From positions 222,385 to 286,384 of the forward strand of contig JAWKUM010000003.1 in NCBI GenBank assembly GCA_041398545.1: a stretch of 64,000 bases of DNA, in the 5' to 3' direction. Positions 43,365-52,949 of the stretch are shown here, piece by piece (position 1 is the stretch's first letter; every line of letters starts with the position of its first letter). The notes beneath the pieces are model-generated. The model was given only the letters and a program-made list of their open reading frames with translations, was not told the DNA's origin and did no database searches. This DNA comes from Planctomycetota bacterium (GTDB lineage: Bacteria > Planctomycetota > UBA1135 > GCA-002748355). The translations under genes and the position numbers were made by a program.

Positions 43365-44257
43365 CGGGGAGGCGGCGCCCGCCCGCCCGGCCGCTCCTGC
43401 TCGCCGCGCTCGGCCTCGGGGCCTGCGCGGCGCCCAGGGTCCCGGCCGGCCCGGCCCAGGGCGCGGCCCCGCTCGGCCGGGCCGAGGTCCTGGCCGAGCC
43501 GGCCTGGAGCCGGATGTCGTCGACCCCGCGCCGCGACGAGGGCACGGCCCGCTTCGACCTCGCCTTCGAGGCCCAGGACCCCGGCGACCGGGGGCGGGAG
43601 GCCCTGCGCTTCGTCAACCGAATCGGCTACGACGTGGACCCGGTGTTCCGGGCCCGCTTCGAGTGGCAGCCGCTGACCTGGGTCGACGACGCGAGCGGGG
43701 ACCGGAGCGCGAGCACGACCGGGGACGTCGTCCTGGGCGTCGACGCCCGCCTGCTCGAGAGCGTCCAGCCCCTGTCCGAGTCGACCGTCGTCGACGTCGA
43801 GGGCGGCCTCGACCTGTTCGGCGTGATCCCGACCGGCCAGCCCAAGCCGCCCCGCTGGCCCGGTGTCATCGAGTCGGAGGAGGGCCTGTTCATGCTCGGC
43901 AACCTCCGGGCCGGCAGCCGCGACCGCGGCCTCGGCCTCGACCTCGGCGGGGGGCTCGCCGGCCTGCCGGGCTCGACGAGCCGGACCGGCCGCCTCCTCG
44001 GCGGCCTGTCGTGGACCGAGGGCCTCGGCCTCAGGCCCGGCGACCTCGGCCTCGACGGCGCGCGGCTCGGCGTGGGGACCTTCTGGACCCACGACTTCGG
44101 CGGTCACCGCAGCTTCGGCGAGCTCTCGGTCCACCTCACGCTGGCGATCGAGACCGTCGAGCTGGACTTCGGGTTCAGGGCCGGGCTCACCCCCGAGTCC
44201 CCTGACCGGATCTTCACGGTCATGTTCGGAACCCGCCTGTTCGACGTGTTCTGGTAG
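43361..44257 (+). CDS. Putative outer-membrane lipoprotein / beta-barrel protein
   Basis: Distal part of track ORF 43004..44257. The ATG at 43361 overlaps the usp stop (ATGA). Lipobox-like LGLGAC. Gly/Leu/Asp-rich alternating sequence with a C-terminal aromatic end ...RLFDVFW. Confidence 0.55.
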   Translation: MTGRRRPPARPLLLAALGLGACAAPRVPAGPAQGAAPLGRAEVLAEPAWSRMSSTPRRDEGTARFDLAFEAQDPGDRGREALRFVNRIGYDVDPVFRARFEWQPLTWVDDASGDRSASTTGDVVLGVDARLLESVQPLSESTVVDVEGGLDLFGVIPTGQPKPPRWPGVIESEEGLFMLGNLRAGSRDRGLGLDLGGGLAGLPGSTSRTGRLLGGLSWTEGLGLRPGDLGLDGARLGVGTFWTHDFGGHRSFGELSVHLTLAIETVELDFGFRAGLTPESPDRIFTVMFGTRLFDVFW

Positions 44258-44490
44258 GCCGACGCCGCTCCGCGACGCCCCGGCGGCACATCCCGCGCCC
44301 AGGCCGTGGGAAGTGGCGCGTCGCTGTCCTAGGATGCTCCGGTTTCCGGGTCTGCCGGTGCACCCGCGGCCCGTCCTGGCTATCCTGTTCCGCCTTTATC
44401 GGCGGGTCGCGGGCGAGCGTGCCGGGCGGTGCCCGGAGCCGGTGACCCGACGGGCCGATCCACTGGCACCGCGACGAGGCACGATCAGCG

Positions 44491-46374
44491 ATGACGAGCG
44501 TCGAGACCCCTGGAACGGGGACGAGCAGGGAAGTCGAGGTCCTGGACGAGGCGGTCATCCGCTTCGCCGGCGACTCCGGTGACGGCATGCAGCTCACCGG
44601 CACGCAGTTCACCAACACGGCCGCCCTGCTCGGCAACGACCTGGCGACCTTCCCGGACTACCCGGCCGAGATCCGTGCCCCTGCGGGCACGCTGCCGGGC
44701 GTGTCGGCGTTCCAGATCCGGTTCAGCAACTTCGACATCCACACGCCGGGCGACAAGCCCGACGTGCTCGTCGCGATGAACCCGGCCTCGCTCAAGGTCC
44801 ACCTCGACGAGCTCAAGCGTGGCGGCGTCCTGATCGTCAACACCGGCATGTTCCGGGCCAAGGAGATCAAGATGGCCGGCTTCGAGGTGAACCCCCTCGA
44901 GGACGAGAAGCTGTCCCTGTCGCAGCACTACCGGCTGATCTCGGTCGACCTCAACCAGCTCACCAACGAGACCCTCAAGGAGAGCCCGCTCGACGCCCGC
45001 GGCAAGATGCGCTGCAAGAACATGGCGGCGCTGGGCATCCTGTTCTGGCTCTACAACCGTCCGCTCGAGCCGACGATCGAGGAGATCCAGGCCAAGTTCG
45101 GCAAGAAGCCGGAGATCGCCGAGGCCAACATCAGCGTGCTCAAGGCCGGCTACCACTACGGCGAGACGGCCGAGCTGCTGCAGCACACCTACCGCGTCGA
45201 CAAGGCCGAGCTGCCCTCGGGCATCTACCGCAACATCAACGGCAACGACGCCACGGCCTACGGCATGGTCGCCGCCAGCAAGCTCGCCGGCGTGCCGCTG
45301 TTCCTCGGCTCCTACCCGATCACCCCGGCCAGCGACATCCTGCACTTCCTGAGCGGGATGAAGAGCGAGGGCGTCGTGACCTTCCAGGCCGAGGACGAGA
45401 TCGCCGGCATCTGCTCCGCGATCGGTGCGGCCTGGGCCGGCAACCTCGCCGTCACGACCTCGTCCGGCCCGGGCATCGCCCTCAAGGGCGAGGCCATCGG
45501 CCTGGCCGTCATGACCGAGCTGCCCCTCGTCATCGTCAACGTCCAGCGCGGCGGGCCGTCGACCGGCCTCCCGACCAAGACCGAGCAGGCCGACCTGTTC
45601 CAGGCCATCTACGGCCGCAACGGCGAGTGCCCGCTGCCGGTCCTGGCCGCGGCCACGCCGAGCGACTGCTTCAACATGGTCATCGAGGCCTTCCGCATCG
45701 CGACCAAGCACATGATCCCGGTCATGCTGCTGACCGACGGCTACCTCGCCAACGGCTCCGAGCCGTGGCGCCTGCCCGAGGTCGCCGACCTGCCGCGGAT
45801 CGACGTGCGCTTCGCCGGACCGGCCGACCTCGAGGACGGGCACTTCCTGCCGTACAAGCGCGGCGCCGACAGCCTCGCGCGGCCCTGGGCCAAGCCGGGC
45901 ACGCCCGGCCTCGAGCACCGCATCGGCGGCCTCGAGAAGGCCGACATCACCGGCAACGTCAGCTACGACCCGGACAACCACTTCCACATGGTCCGGCTGC
46001 GCCAGGAGAAGGTCGACCGGATCGCCGACGACATCGTCGAGCCCGAGCTGTTCGGCGAGCAGTCGGGCGGCCTCGTCGTCGTCGGCTGGGGCTCGACCTA
46101 CGGCGCGATCTGCGGCGGCGTCAACCAGGCCCGCAGGCGCGGCCTCAAGGTCTCGCGCCTGCACCTGCGCCACCTCAACCCGCTGCCCAAGTCGCTCGGG
46201 GACACCCTCCGGCGCTTCGACAAGGTGCTCGTCCCCGAGATGAACCTCGGCCAGCTGGCCACGGTGCTGCGCAGCCGGTTCCAGGACATCCGGTTCGAGC
46301 AGCTCAACAAGGTCAACGGCCGCCCGTTCAGCAACACCGAGATCCGCGAGAAGATCGAGGAGGTGCTCGCGTGA
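44491..46374 (+). CDS. korA: 2-oxoglutarate/2-oxoacid:ferredoxin oxidoreductase, alpha subunit
   Basis: 627-aa protein with the typical N-terminus (IRFAGDSGDGMQLTG...FPDYPAEIRAP.GT) and a central YPITPAS motif. Followed by a coupled beta subunit. Confidence 0.9.
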   Translation: MTSVETPGTGTSREVEVLDEAVIRFAGDSGDGMQLTGTQFTNTAALLGNDLATFPDYPAEIRAPAGTLPGVSAFQIRFSNFDIHTPGDKPDVLVAMNPASLKVHLDELKRGGVLIVNTGMFRAKEIKMAGFEVNPLEDEKLSLSQHYRLISVDLNQLTNETLKESPLDARGKMRCKNMAALGILFWLYNRPLEPTIEEIQAKFGKKPEIAEANISVLKAGYHYGETAELLQHTYRVDKAELPSGIYRNINGNDATAYGMVAASKLAGVPLFLGSYPITPASDILHFLSGMKSEGVVTFQAEDEIAGICSAIGAAWAGNLAVTTSSGPGIALKGEAIGLAVMTELPLVIVNVQRGGPSTGLPTKTEQADLFQAIYGRNGECPLPVLAAATPSDCFNMVIEAFRIATKHMIPVMLLTDGYLANGSEPWRLPEVADLPRIDVRFAGPADLEDGHFLPYKRGADSLARPWAKPGTPGLEHRIGGLEKADITGNVSYDPDNHFHMVRLRQEKVDRIADDIVEPELFGEQSGGLVVVGWGSTYGAICGGVNQARRRGLKVSRLHLRHLNPLPKSLGDTLRRFDKVLVPEMNLGQLATVLRSRFQDIRFEQLNKVNGRPFSNTEIREKIEEVLA

Positions 46375-47411
46375 CCACCACCGAACCCGCCAAGCTCCGC
46401 GACAAGGACTATGCCAGCGACCAGGACGTGCGCTGGTGCCCCGGCTGCGGCGACTACGGCATCCTCAAGGCCGTGCAGGTCGCCTTCGCCGACCTCCAGC
46501 TCCCCCGGGAGAAGGTCGCCTTCGTGTCGGGCATCGGCTGCTCGAGCCGGTTCCCGTACTACATGGACACCTACGGGTTCCACGGCATCCACGGCCGGGC
46601 CCCGGCGCTCGCCACGGGCGTCAAGCTCGCCAACCCCGAGCTGACCGTGTGGGTCGCGACCGGCGACGGCGACGGGCTGTCGATCGGCGGCAACCACTTC
46701 ATCCACATGCTGCGCCGCAACATCGGCCTCAAGGTCCTGCTGTTCAACAACAGGATCTACGGGCTGACCAAGGGCCAGTACTCCCCGACGTCCGAGGTCG
46801 GCAAGGTCACCAAGTCCACGCCGATGGGCTCGCTCGACTCGCCGTTCAACCCGCTGGCCCTCGCGCTGGGCTCGGGCACGACGTTCGTCGCCCGCGGCAT
46901 CGACATCATCCGGCCCAAGCTGCAGGAGATCATCAAGGAGGCCCAGGCCCACGAGGGCACGGCCTTCATCGAGATCTTCCAGAACTGCAACATCTTCAAC
47001 GACGGCGCCTTCGAGCACGTCACCGACAAGAAGATCCGCGACGACCTGCTCGTCGAGGTCCGCCACGGCGAGCCGCTCGTCTACGGCAAGGAGCACGACA
47101 AGGGCCTGATCTGGACCGGCAGCCGCCTCGAGGGCGTGCACATCGGCCAGCACAGCGACGTGCTCGGGCGCGAGGTCACCGGCGAGGACATCGTCGTCTG
47201 GGACGCCGAGGACCCCAACCCGACCATGGCCTTCGCCCTGACCCAGCTCCGCGAGGGCATCGACCCGACCCCGGTCGGCGTCATCCGCAACGTCAAGGAC
47301 CACCTCCCGTACGAGCGCCTGGTCCACGACCAGATCCACATGGCCCAGCAGAAGCGCAAGCCCCGCACCCTCGAGGAGCTGCTCCACAGCGGCCGCACCT
47401 GGAAGGTCTGA
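46371..47411 (+). CDS. korB: 2-oxoglutarate/2-oxoacid:ferredoxin oxidoreductase, beta subunit (TPP-binding)
   Basis: Distal part of track ORF 45627..47411. The GTG at 46371 overlaps the korA stop. Motifs WCPGCGDYG and GDGDGLSIGGNH. Confidence 0.9.
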   Translation: MTTTEPAKLRDKDYASDQDVRWCPGCGDYGILKAVQVAFADLQLPREKVAFVSGIGCSSRFPYYMDTYGFHGIHGRAPALATGVKLANPELTVWVATGDGDGLSIGGNHFIHMLRRNIGLKVLLFNNRIYGLTKGQYSPTSEVGKVTKSTPMGSLDSPFNPLALALGSGTTFVARGIDIIRPKLQEIIKEAQAHEGTAFIEIFQNCNIFNDGAFEHVTDKKIRDDLLVEVRHGEPLVYGKEHDKGLIWTGSRLEGVHIGQHSDVLGREVTGEDIVVWDAEDPNPTMAFALTQLREGIDPTPVGVIRNVKDHLPYERLVHDQIHMAQQKRKPRTLEELLHSGRTWKV

Positions 47412-47431
47412 CCCGACCTCCGGGTCCCCAC

Positions 47432-47465
47432 GAGCCCGTCCGCCGCGCCCGCGGCCGACGGGCTC
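47432..47465 (+). terminator. Hairpin terminator candidate after korB
   Basis: GAGCCCGTC-16 nt-GACGGGCTC, a 9-bp stem starting 21 nt after the stop. Confidence 0.45.
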
Positions 47466-47525
47466 GCGCATGTACCGTCGGAGCGCGGGCGGTGGAGATC
47501 TTCTGACGGGCTTCGTGGCGCCCCT

Positions 47526-47654
47526 CGCGGAGCCGTCGTCGGGGACATCCCGGCTGGTCTCGGAGGGGTGACGGGGAGAGGACAATAGGCGAATCGGCTC
47601 GTAGCCCGTCACCCAAGTCGCCTGCGCCGGGATGTCCCATCGACGACAGGCTCC
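47526..47654 (+). repeat. 129-bp structured repeat, copy 1 (self-complementary arms)
   Basis: 116/129 positions match the reverse complement of 48089..48217 in an ungapped manual alignment. Internal arms GTCGTCG-GGGACATCCCGG / CCGGGATGTCCC-at-CGACGAC and GGGTGACGGG / CCCGTCACCC. Confidence 0.8.
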
Positions 47655-48088
47655 GGTCGGCATCACACGCGATCCGGCAGGGAACCTCCCACGGCCCGTC
47701 CAGGACTTCCGACCGGGAGGGTGCTGCGCGGTCGAGGGGATGAGGAGGCGGGACGTGCCCGGCCAGGGAGGTGGCATCGACCGCTTTCGACCCTCGACAC
47801 GCATGGTCGGACGGATGGACCCGGAAGCCGCCGCTGCCCCCTCTTGATCAAAGGTGCGGCAGGCGACCGTGCATCGCCGACCGGAGTCGAAGCTCGTCTC
47901 CGTCTCGTCGACATCGGGCGAACCACCTCGCACCAGTGACTCGTGGCCCGATGGTCCCCGACGACAACGAACCGAAGGCTTCAAGGCAGGACGTCCCCGC
48001 TCCTCCGTCGGACGATCCTCGACAACGCCGGTCCGTGCCTCGACTCCTCGGTCCCGGTCCCGTCGTCTCCCTCCGTGGAATCCTGCCA

Positions 48089-48217
48089 GGAGCCTGTCGT
48101 CGGAGGGACATCCCGGCGCAGTCGACTTGGGTGACGGGCGATGACGGGATTCGCCTATTGGAGTCCCTCCGTCACCCCTCCGAGACCAGCCGGGATGTCC
48201 CCGACGACGGCTCCGCG
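48089..48217 (-). repeat. 129-bp structured repeat, copy 2 (inverted relative to copy 1)
   Basis: See copy 1. The 13 mismatches lie mainly in the central part of the element, around a conserved CAATAGGCGAATC core. Confidence 0.8.
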
Positions 48218-48334
48218 TGCATCCCCACGGAGCGTTGCAGGATCGTCCCCGTGCAGTCCAGTCCGTCCGACCGCCGGCCGAGTGGACGTCAATCGCCAGG
48301 CTTCAGGCGGTCCCGCCGGCCCGTCGACCGCGGG

Positions 48335-49096
48335 CTACATGCCCTCGAGCTGGCGCTTGAGGTAGTCGAGGTCGTCGGCGAACTGGGCGAGGGCGAGGCG
48401 GTCGCCCTCGGGGAGGTCCTGGAACTGGGCGGTGACGACGACCTGGGCGCGGCCGTCCTCGTCGCCGGTCTCGACCTCGAGGACCTTGGCGCGGACCTCG
48501 AAGAAGCCCTTCTTGCACAGCTTGACCTGGAACTTGACGTCGACCTCCGAGCCACGGGGGAAGACGCGCGCCAGGTCGTCGGCAGGGGTGTCGACGCCGA
48601 CGCTGCCGCTCCAGCGGAAGCGGATGCGCTCGTGGTCGACCGAGAGGACGGTGCCGAGGCCCTTGCCGTGCCGGACGAGGCCGGCCAGGGCGGGGTCGGC
48701 GGGGGCGAACAGGACCTGGCTCTCGCCGATGACGTCGACGAGGCCCTGCTCCTGCAGGTGGGACAGGAGGTACTCCTGGGCCTGGGGCAGGTCGTCGAAC
48801 ATCGGGACGATGCGGTCGACGCCGACCTTGGTCAGGACGTCCCGCGTGAACCGGCTCGGCTCGGCGATGCAGAGGTCGCCGCCCTCGGCCTTGAACCGCT
48901 TGTAGGACTTGATGATCGCCCCGAGCGCCGTCGAGTTGATGAACTTGACGAGCCGCAGGTTGAGGATGACGTAGAGCATCCCCTCCTGGACCAGCTTGTC
49001 GACCTCCTCGACGAGCTTGGGGCAGTAGAAGGTGTCGAACTCGCCGCGGAGGCGGAGCTCGGCGAAGTGCTCGTAGATCAGCTTGTCGATCTTCAT
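48335..49096 (-). CDS. STAS-domain (anti-sigma-antagonist-like) protein with a C-terminal PilZ-like beta-barrel
   Basis: N-terminus LRLRGEFDTFYCPKL...LVKFINSTALGAII...RFTRDVLTKVGVDRIVPMFD is STAS-like. The C-terminal ~120 aa (GTVLSVDHERIRFRW...VDVKFQV...FEVRAKVLEV) looks PilZ-like but lacks a clean RxxxR/DxSxxG pair. Confidence 0.7.
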   Translation of the reverse strand: MKIDKLIYEHFAELRLRGEFDTFYCPKLVEEVDKLVQEGMLYVILNLRLVKFINSTALGAIIKSYKRFKAEGGDLCIAEPSRFTRDVLTKVGVDRIVPMFDDLPQAQEYLLSHLQEQGLVDVIGESQVLFAPADPALAGLVRHGKGLGTVLSVDHERIRFRWSGSVGVDTPADDLARVFPRGSEVDVKFQVKLCKKGFFEVRAKVLEVETGDEDGRAQVVVTAQFQDLPEGDRLALAQFADDLDYLKRQLEGM

Positions 49097-49240
49097 CGGG
49101 GTGCCGGGCGAGGGGTCGGGCGGGCGGGAAGGGCGGCCAAGGTACCGCCCGGCCCAGGGGGGGTAAAGCGTCCGCGGCCGGCGCTGGTCCCCGGCCCCGG
49201 CTTGGCCTAGGCTCGCCGCCCGTCACTTGGAGCCCCTCCC

Positions 49241-50602
49241 ATGATCTTCCGGCGCAAGAGCAGCACGCGGGCCGGGGACCGTCCGGCCGAGCAGCCGCGG
49301 CCGGCCGACCGGTCGACGGCGTTCATCACCGGCGACCTGACCAGCGACCGGCGGAGCCTCCAGCTCCTGCTCGACACCCTCGCCGAGGTCGCCTCGACGA
49401 CCCGCTACGAGGACCTCCTGGTCCGGCTCGTCGACAAGTCGGTCGAGGTCACGCAGAGCGAGCGGGGCATCCTGCTGCTCGGCGAGGAGGGCCGGCCCGT
49501 GCGGATCGCCGTGGCCCGCGGGGCCGGCGGGACCGACCTGCCCAAGGGCCTGGCCTACTCGACCTCGGTGACCCAGCGGGTGCTGCGCACCGGCGAGCCC
49601 CTGGCCAGCGTCGTGCACAGCTCGAGCCAGGCCCTCGACCTCGGCCAGAGCGCCTACGACCTCAAGCTCCGGGCCGTCATGTGCGTGCCCCTGGCCGTCC
49701 AGGGCCGGGTCATCGGCGCCGTCTACGTCGACTCCCAGGCCCAGCGCAAGGAGTTCCACGCGCAGGACCTGGCGTTCTTCGCGGCCCTCGGCCAGCAGCT
49801 CGCGATCCTGGCCGAGAACGCCAGGCTCCACAACGCGGCCCTCGAGGCGGCCCGCTTCGGGCACGAGATGGAGATCGCCCGCGGGATCCAGCGCCAGCTC
49901 ATGACCGCCATCGGCGACCTGCCCCCGGGCCTCGACGCGGCCCAGTGGTTCGAGCCCTGCGAGGTCGCCTCCGGCGACGCCTTCGACGTCATGCCCGACG
50001 GGCGGGGCGGCCTCCACGTCATGATCGGCGACGCGACCGGCCACGGCATAGGGCCGGCCCTGATCGCGCACTCGGTCCAGGCGGCCATGCGCTCGTACCT
50101 CGAGGTCCTCGACGACGACGCCGAGGTCCTGCGCCGCATGAACGAGCGGCTCGTGTCCCACATGGACCCCGGGACCTTCATGTCCCTGTTCCTGGCCCGG
50201 CTCCTGCCGGCCGGCGAGGGCCGCTTCCGGCTGCGCTTCGTCAACGCCGGCCACGGCTGCGCCTACCTGTGCACGTCGTCCGGCGTGCGCGTGCTCGAGA
50301 GCACCGGGCCGGCGACGGGGATGATGGGCGGCGTCGGCTGGGAGCTCGGCCACGAGGAGCTGCTCGGGCACGGCGACACGCTGCTCCTGACCAGCGACGG
50401 CGTCGTCGAGGCCCGCAACGCGGCCCGCGACATGCTCGGCGAGGGGGCGCTGTTCGAGGTGCTCGAGGCCACCCACGGCCAGGGCGCCGAGGCCACGATC
50501 GCGGCGATCCGCGCCCGGCTGGCCGAGCACGCGGCCGGGGCGCCGCTCGAGGACGACGTCATGGCCCTGGCGCTGTGCGTGACCGGAGGGAACGGAGCAT
50601 GA
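49241..50602 (+). CDS. GAF-domain PP2C/SpoIIE-family serine phosphatase (RsbU-like)
   Basis: GAF-like region (SERGILLL...LRAVMCVPLAVQGRVIGAVYVD). PP2C/SpoIIE motifs ASGDAFDV, MIGDATGHGIGPAL, LLLTSDGVVEA. Confidence 0.85.
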   Translation: MIFRRKSSTRAGDRPAEQPRPADRSTAFITGDLTSDRRSLQLLLDTLAEVASTTRYEDLLVRLVDKSVEVTQSERGILLLGEEGRPVRIAVARGAGGTDLPKGLAYSTSVTQRVLRTGEPLASVVHSSSQALDLGQSAYDLKLRAVMCVPLAVQGRVIGAVYVDSQAQRKEFHAQDLAFFAALGQQLAILAENARLHNAALEAARFGHEMEIARGIQRQLMTAIGDLPPGLDAAQWFEPCEVASGDAFDVMPDGRGGLHVMIGDATGHGIGPALIAHSVQAAMRSYLEVLDDDAEVLRRMNERLVSHMDPGTFMSLFLARLLPAGEGRFRLRFVNAGHGCAYLCTSSGVRVLESTGPATGMMGGVGWELGHEELLGHGDTLLLTSDGVVEARNAARDMLGEGALFEVLEATHGQGAEATIAAIRARLAEHAAGAPLEDDVMALALCVTGGNGA

Positions 50603-51990
50603 CCGACGTGACGAGCGACTACCCCGGGACGCCCGGCGACCTCCTGGTCCGTGGGGGCAGGCTCGGCCCCGACGGGCCGCCGGCCGACGTCCGGGTGCGC
50701 GGCGGGCGGATCGTCGAGCTCGGCGAGGGGCTCGCGCCGGCCGGCGAGCCGGCCCTCGACGCCGGGGGGCTGTGGGTCCTGCCAGGGGCGATCGACAACC
50801 ACGTCCACTTCCGCGACCCCGGCCTGACCCGCAAGGAGGACTACGGCAGCGGCTCCCGCGGCGCCCTGCGCGGCGGCGTCACGACCGTGCTCGAGGTCCA
50901 GAACAACGACCCGCTGCTGCTCGACGCCTCGCGCTGCCGGGCCAAGGTCGCCGAGGTCTCGTCGCGCTCGCTGGTCAACTTCGGGATCTACCCCAACCTC
51001 CTCGAGCAGACGCTCGGGACGCTGCCGGAGATGGCCCCCTGGGCCTCGGCCTACAAGCTGTTCATGGGCGCCTCGACCGGGATGGGGGGGAGCAGCGACT
51101 ACGGCCTCATGCGCGAGGAGTTCCGGGCCGCGGCCGCGACCGGTCGCCTCGTCGTCCTGCACTGCGAGGAGGAGTCGATCCTGGCCCGGACCTCGCGCCA
51201 GCCGGACCTCGACGTCACCGAGCACGGCTCCCGGGCCAGGCCCCCGGTCACCGAGGCGCTGTCGGTCGCGGCCGCGATCGAGATGGCCCGCGAGTGGGGC
51301 ACGCGGATCCACGTGTTCCACCTGTCGACGGCGCGCGGGCTGCAGCTGATCGAGCACGCCCGGGCCGACGGCGTCGACGTCAGCTGCTCGACCTGCTTCC
51401 AGTACCTGTGGTTCACCGAGGACGACTTCGCGACGCTCGGCAACCTCATCAAGTGCAACCCGGCGATCCACACGGCCGCCGATCGGGACGCCCTCCTCGA
51501 CGGCATCGCCCGCGGCGCCGTCGAGGTGGTCTCGACCGACCACGCGCCGCACACCCTCGAGGAGAAGCAGCGCCCGTACCTCCAGGCCCCCTCGGGCATC
51601 CCCTCGGTCGACCTGTTCTACCCCCTGCTGCTGACGCTCGTCGCCGAGGGCAGGCTGCCGATGGACCGCGCCCTCGACGCCGTGACCGGGGCCCCGGCCC
51701 GGGTCCACGGCCTCGCCGACCGTGGCCGGGTCGAGGCCGGGGCCTGGGGCGACCTGGCCCTGGTCGACCCGGACCGGGTCAAGGCCGTCGAGCTCGGCGA
51801 CCTGTCGAGCCGCTCGCCGTTCACGCCCTTCCTGGGCCGGGAGCTCCGGGGCTGGCCGGTCGCGACCGTCGTCCAGGGCCGGGTGGCCTGGGACGCCCGG
51901 CGGGAGCCGGCCTTCGACGACGCGGTGCGGGGCGCCTTCGTCGCCTCCGAGGCCCCGGTGGCACCGGGGTCAGGGGATCGCAGGGAATAG
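50599..51990 (+). CDS. pyrC: Dihydroorotase-like cyclic amidohydrolase
   Basis: Distal part of track ORF 49681..51990. The ATG at 50599 overlaps the upstream stop. Metal-binding motifs DNHVHFRDPG and VSTDHAPH. By eye, assignment to pyrC versus allantoinase/hydantoinase is not certain. Confidence 0.75.
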   Translation: MTDVTSDYPGTPGDLLVRGGRLGPDGPPADVRVRGGRIVELGEGLAPAGEPALDAGGLWVLPGAIDNHVHFRDPGLTRKEDYGSGSRGALRGGVTTVLEVQNNDPLLLDASRCRAKVAEVSSRSLVNFGIYPNLLEQTLGTLPEMAPWASAYKLFMGASTGMGGSSDYGLMREEFRAAAATGRLVVLHCEEESILARTSRQPDLDVTEHGSRARPPVTEALSVAAAIEMAREWGTRIHVFHLSTARGLQLIEHARADGVDVSCSTCFQYLWFTEDDFATLGNLIKCNPAIHTAADRDALLDGIARGAVEVVSTDHAPHTLEEKQRPYLQAPSGIPSVDLFYPLLLTLVAEGRLPMDRALDAVTGAPARVHGLADRGRVEAGAWGDLALVDPDRVKAVELGDLSSRSPFTPFLGRELRGWPVATVVQGRVAWDARREPAFDDAVRGAFVASEAPVAPGSGDRRE

Positions 51991-52028
51991 GATCAACCCC
52001 GGGGCGGGCGGCGGTCGATCTCATCGAC

Positions 52029-52901
52029 ATGCTGCCCTTCGTCTGGATCATGCTCGGCGTCCTGCTCCTGCCCTTCCAGGGCAAGCGCATGGAGGTCACG
52101 TTGACGACCGGCAAGGTCGTCGTCGGGGAAGTGCTCCAGGAGGACGACAAGGCCCTGATCCTGGAGACGGACCTCGGGACGCTCATGATCCCGGTCGAGA
52201 AGATCGAGGCCCGCCGCGTCCTGACCAAGGACGGCAAGCCCGTGGCCGAGGCTGAGCCGCAGGGCGACGGCAAGCAGGGCAAGAAGAAGGACGACCCCTT
52301 CGCCCTCGAGAAGATCGTGGCCGAGCTCGAGAAGAAGGGCGAGGCCGAGGGCGGGGACGAGGCCAAGCCCGAGGCCAAGGGCGATGCGGCCGCGGACGGC
52401 GCCGCCCAGGCCGAGCGGCCCGAGGCCCCCGCCGGCGCCGCCCCGACGCCGCGCACCGCGCCGGACGAGGAGAAGGTCGACGACGGCCGTAACGCCCTGT
52501 GGCCCGGCCGGCTGATCGACAACTACGTGTGGGTCCGCGACCTCCAGGGCAGCAGCAAGATCGGCATCCTCGCCGCCCTGTTCCTGCTGTTCACGTTCGC
52601 GATCCGCTTCCTCGGCCGCCTGCTCGACATCGAGTACCTGACGACCGGGCGCAGCATGGCCTCGGGCCTGATCTGGCTGGCCATCCTGCTGGGGATCATG
52701 ATGATCCCCAACCCGACGATCGTCATCGCCGGCGTCGTCGGCTTCCTGCTGCTCGTCGCGTGGATGATGACGACCCGCGGGCTCATGGGCGCGAGCTGGA
52801 TCCAGGCGATCCAGTTCCTGTTCCTCGGCGCCTTCGGCGTCCTGCTGCTGATCCTCCTCGTCGAGGTCGGCGAGCACATCCTCGCGCTCAAGGTCCAGTA
52901 G
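52029..52901 (+). CDS. Hypothetical membrane protein
   Basis: Distal part of track ORF 50772..52901, starting at MLPFVWIMLGVLLLPF. Lys/Glu/Ala-rich middle region and four C-terminal hydrophobic segments. Confidence 0.55.
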   Translation: MLPFVWIMLGVLLLPFQGKRMEVTLTTGKVVVGEVLQEDDKALILETDLGTLMIPVEKIEARRVLTKDGKPVAEAEPQGDGKQGKKKDDPFALEKIVAELEKKGEAEGGDEAKPEAKGDAAADGAAQAERPEAPAGAAPTPRTAPDEEKVDDGRNALWPGRLIDNYVWVRDLQGSSKIGILAALFLLFTFAIRFLGRLLDIEYLTTGRSMASGLIWLAILLGIMMIPNPTIVIAGVVGFLLLVAWMMTTRGLMGASWIQAIQFLFLGAFGVLLLILLVEVGEHILALKVQ

Positions 52902-52949
52902 CCGCCGCGCGGCGCTATCCTCGGCGCCGGTACCGGCCGCGGAGGACGC

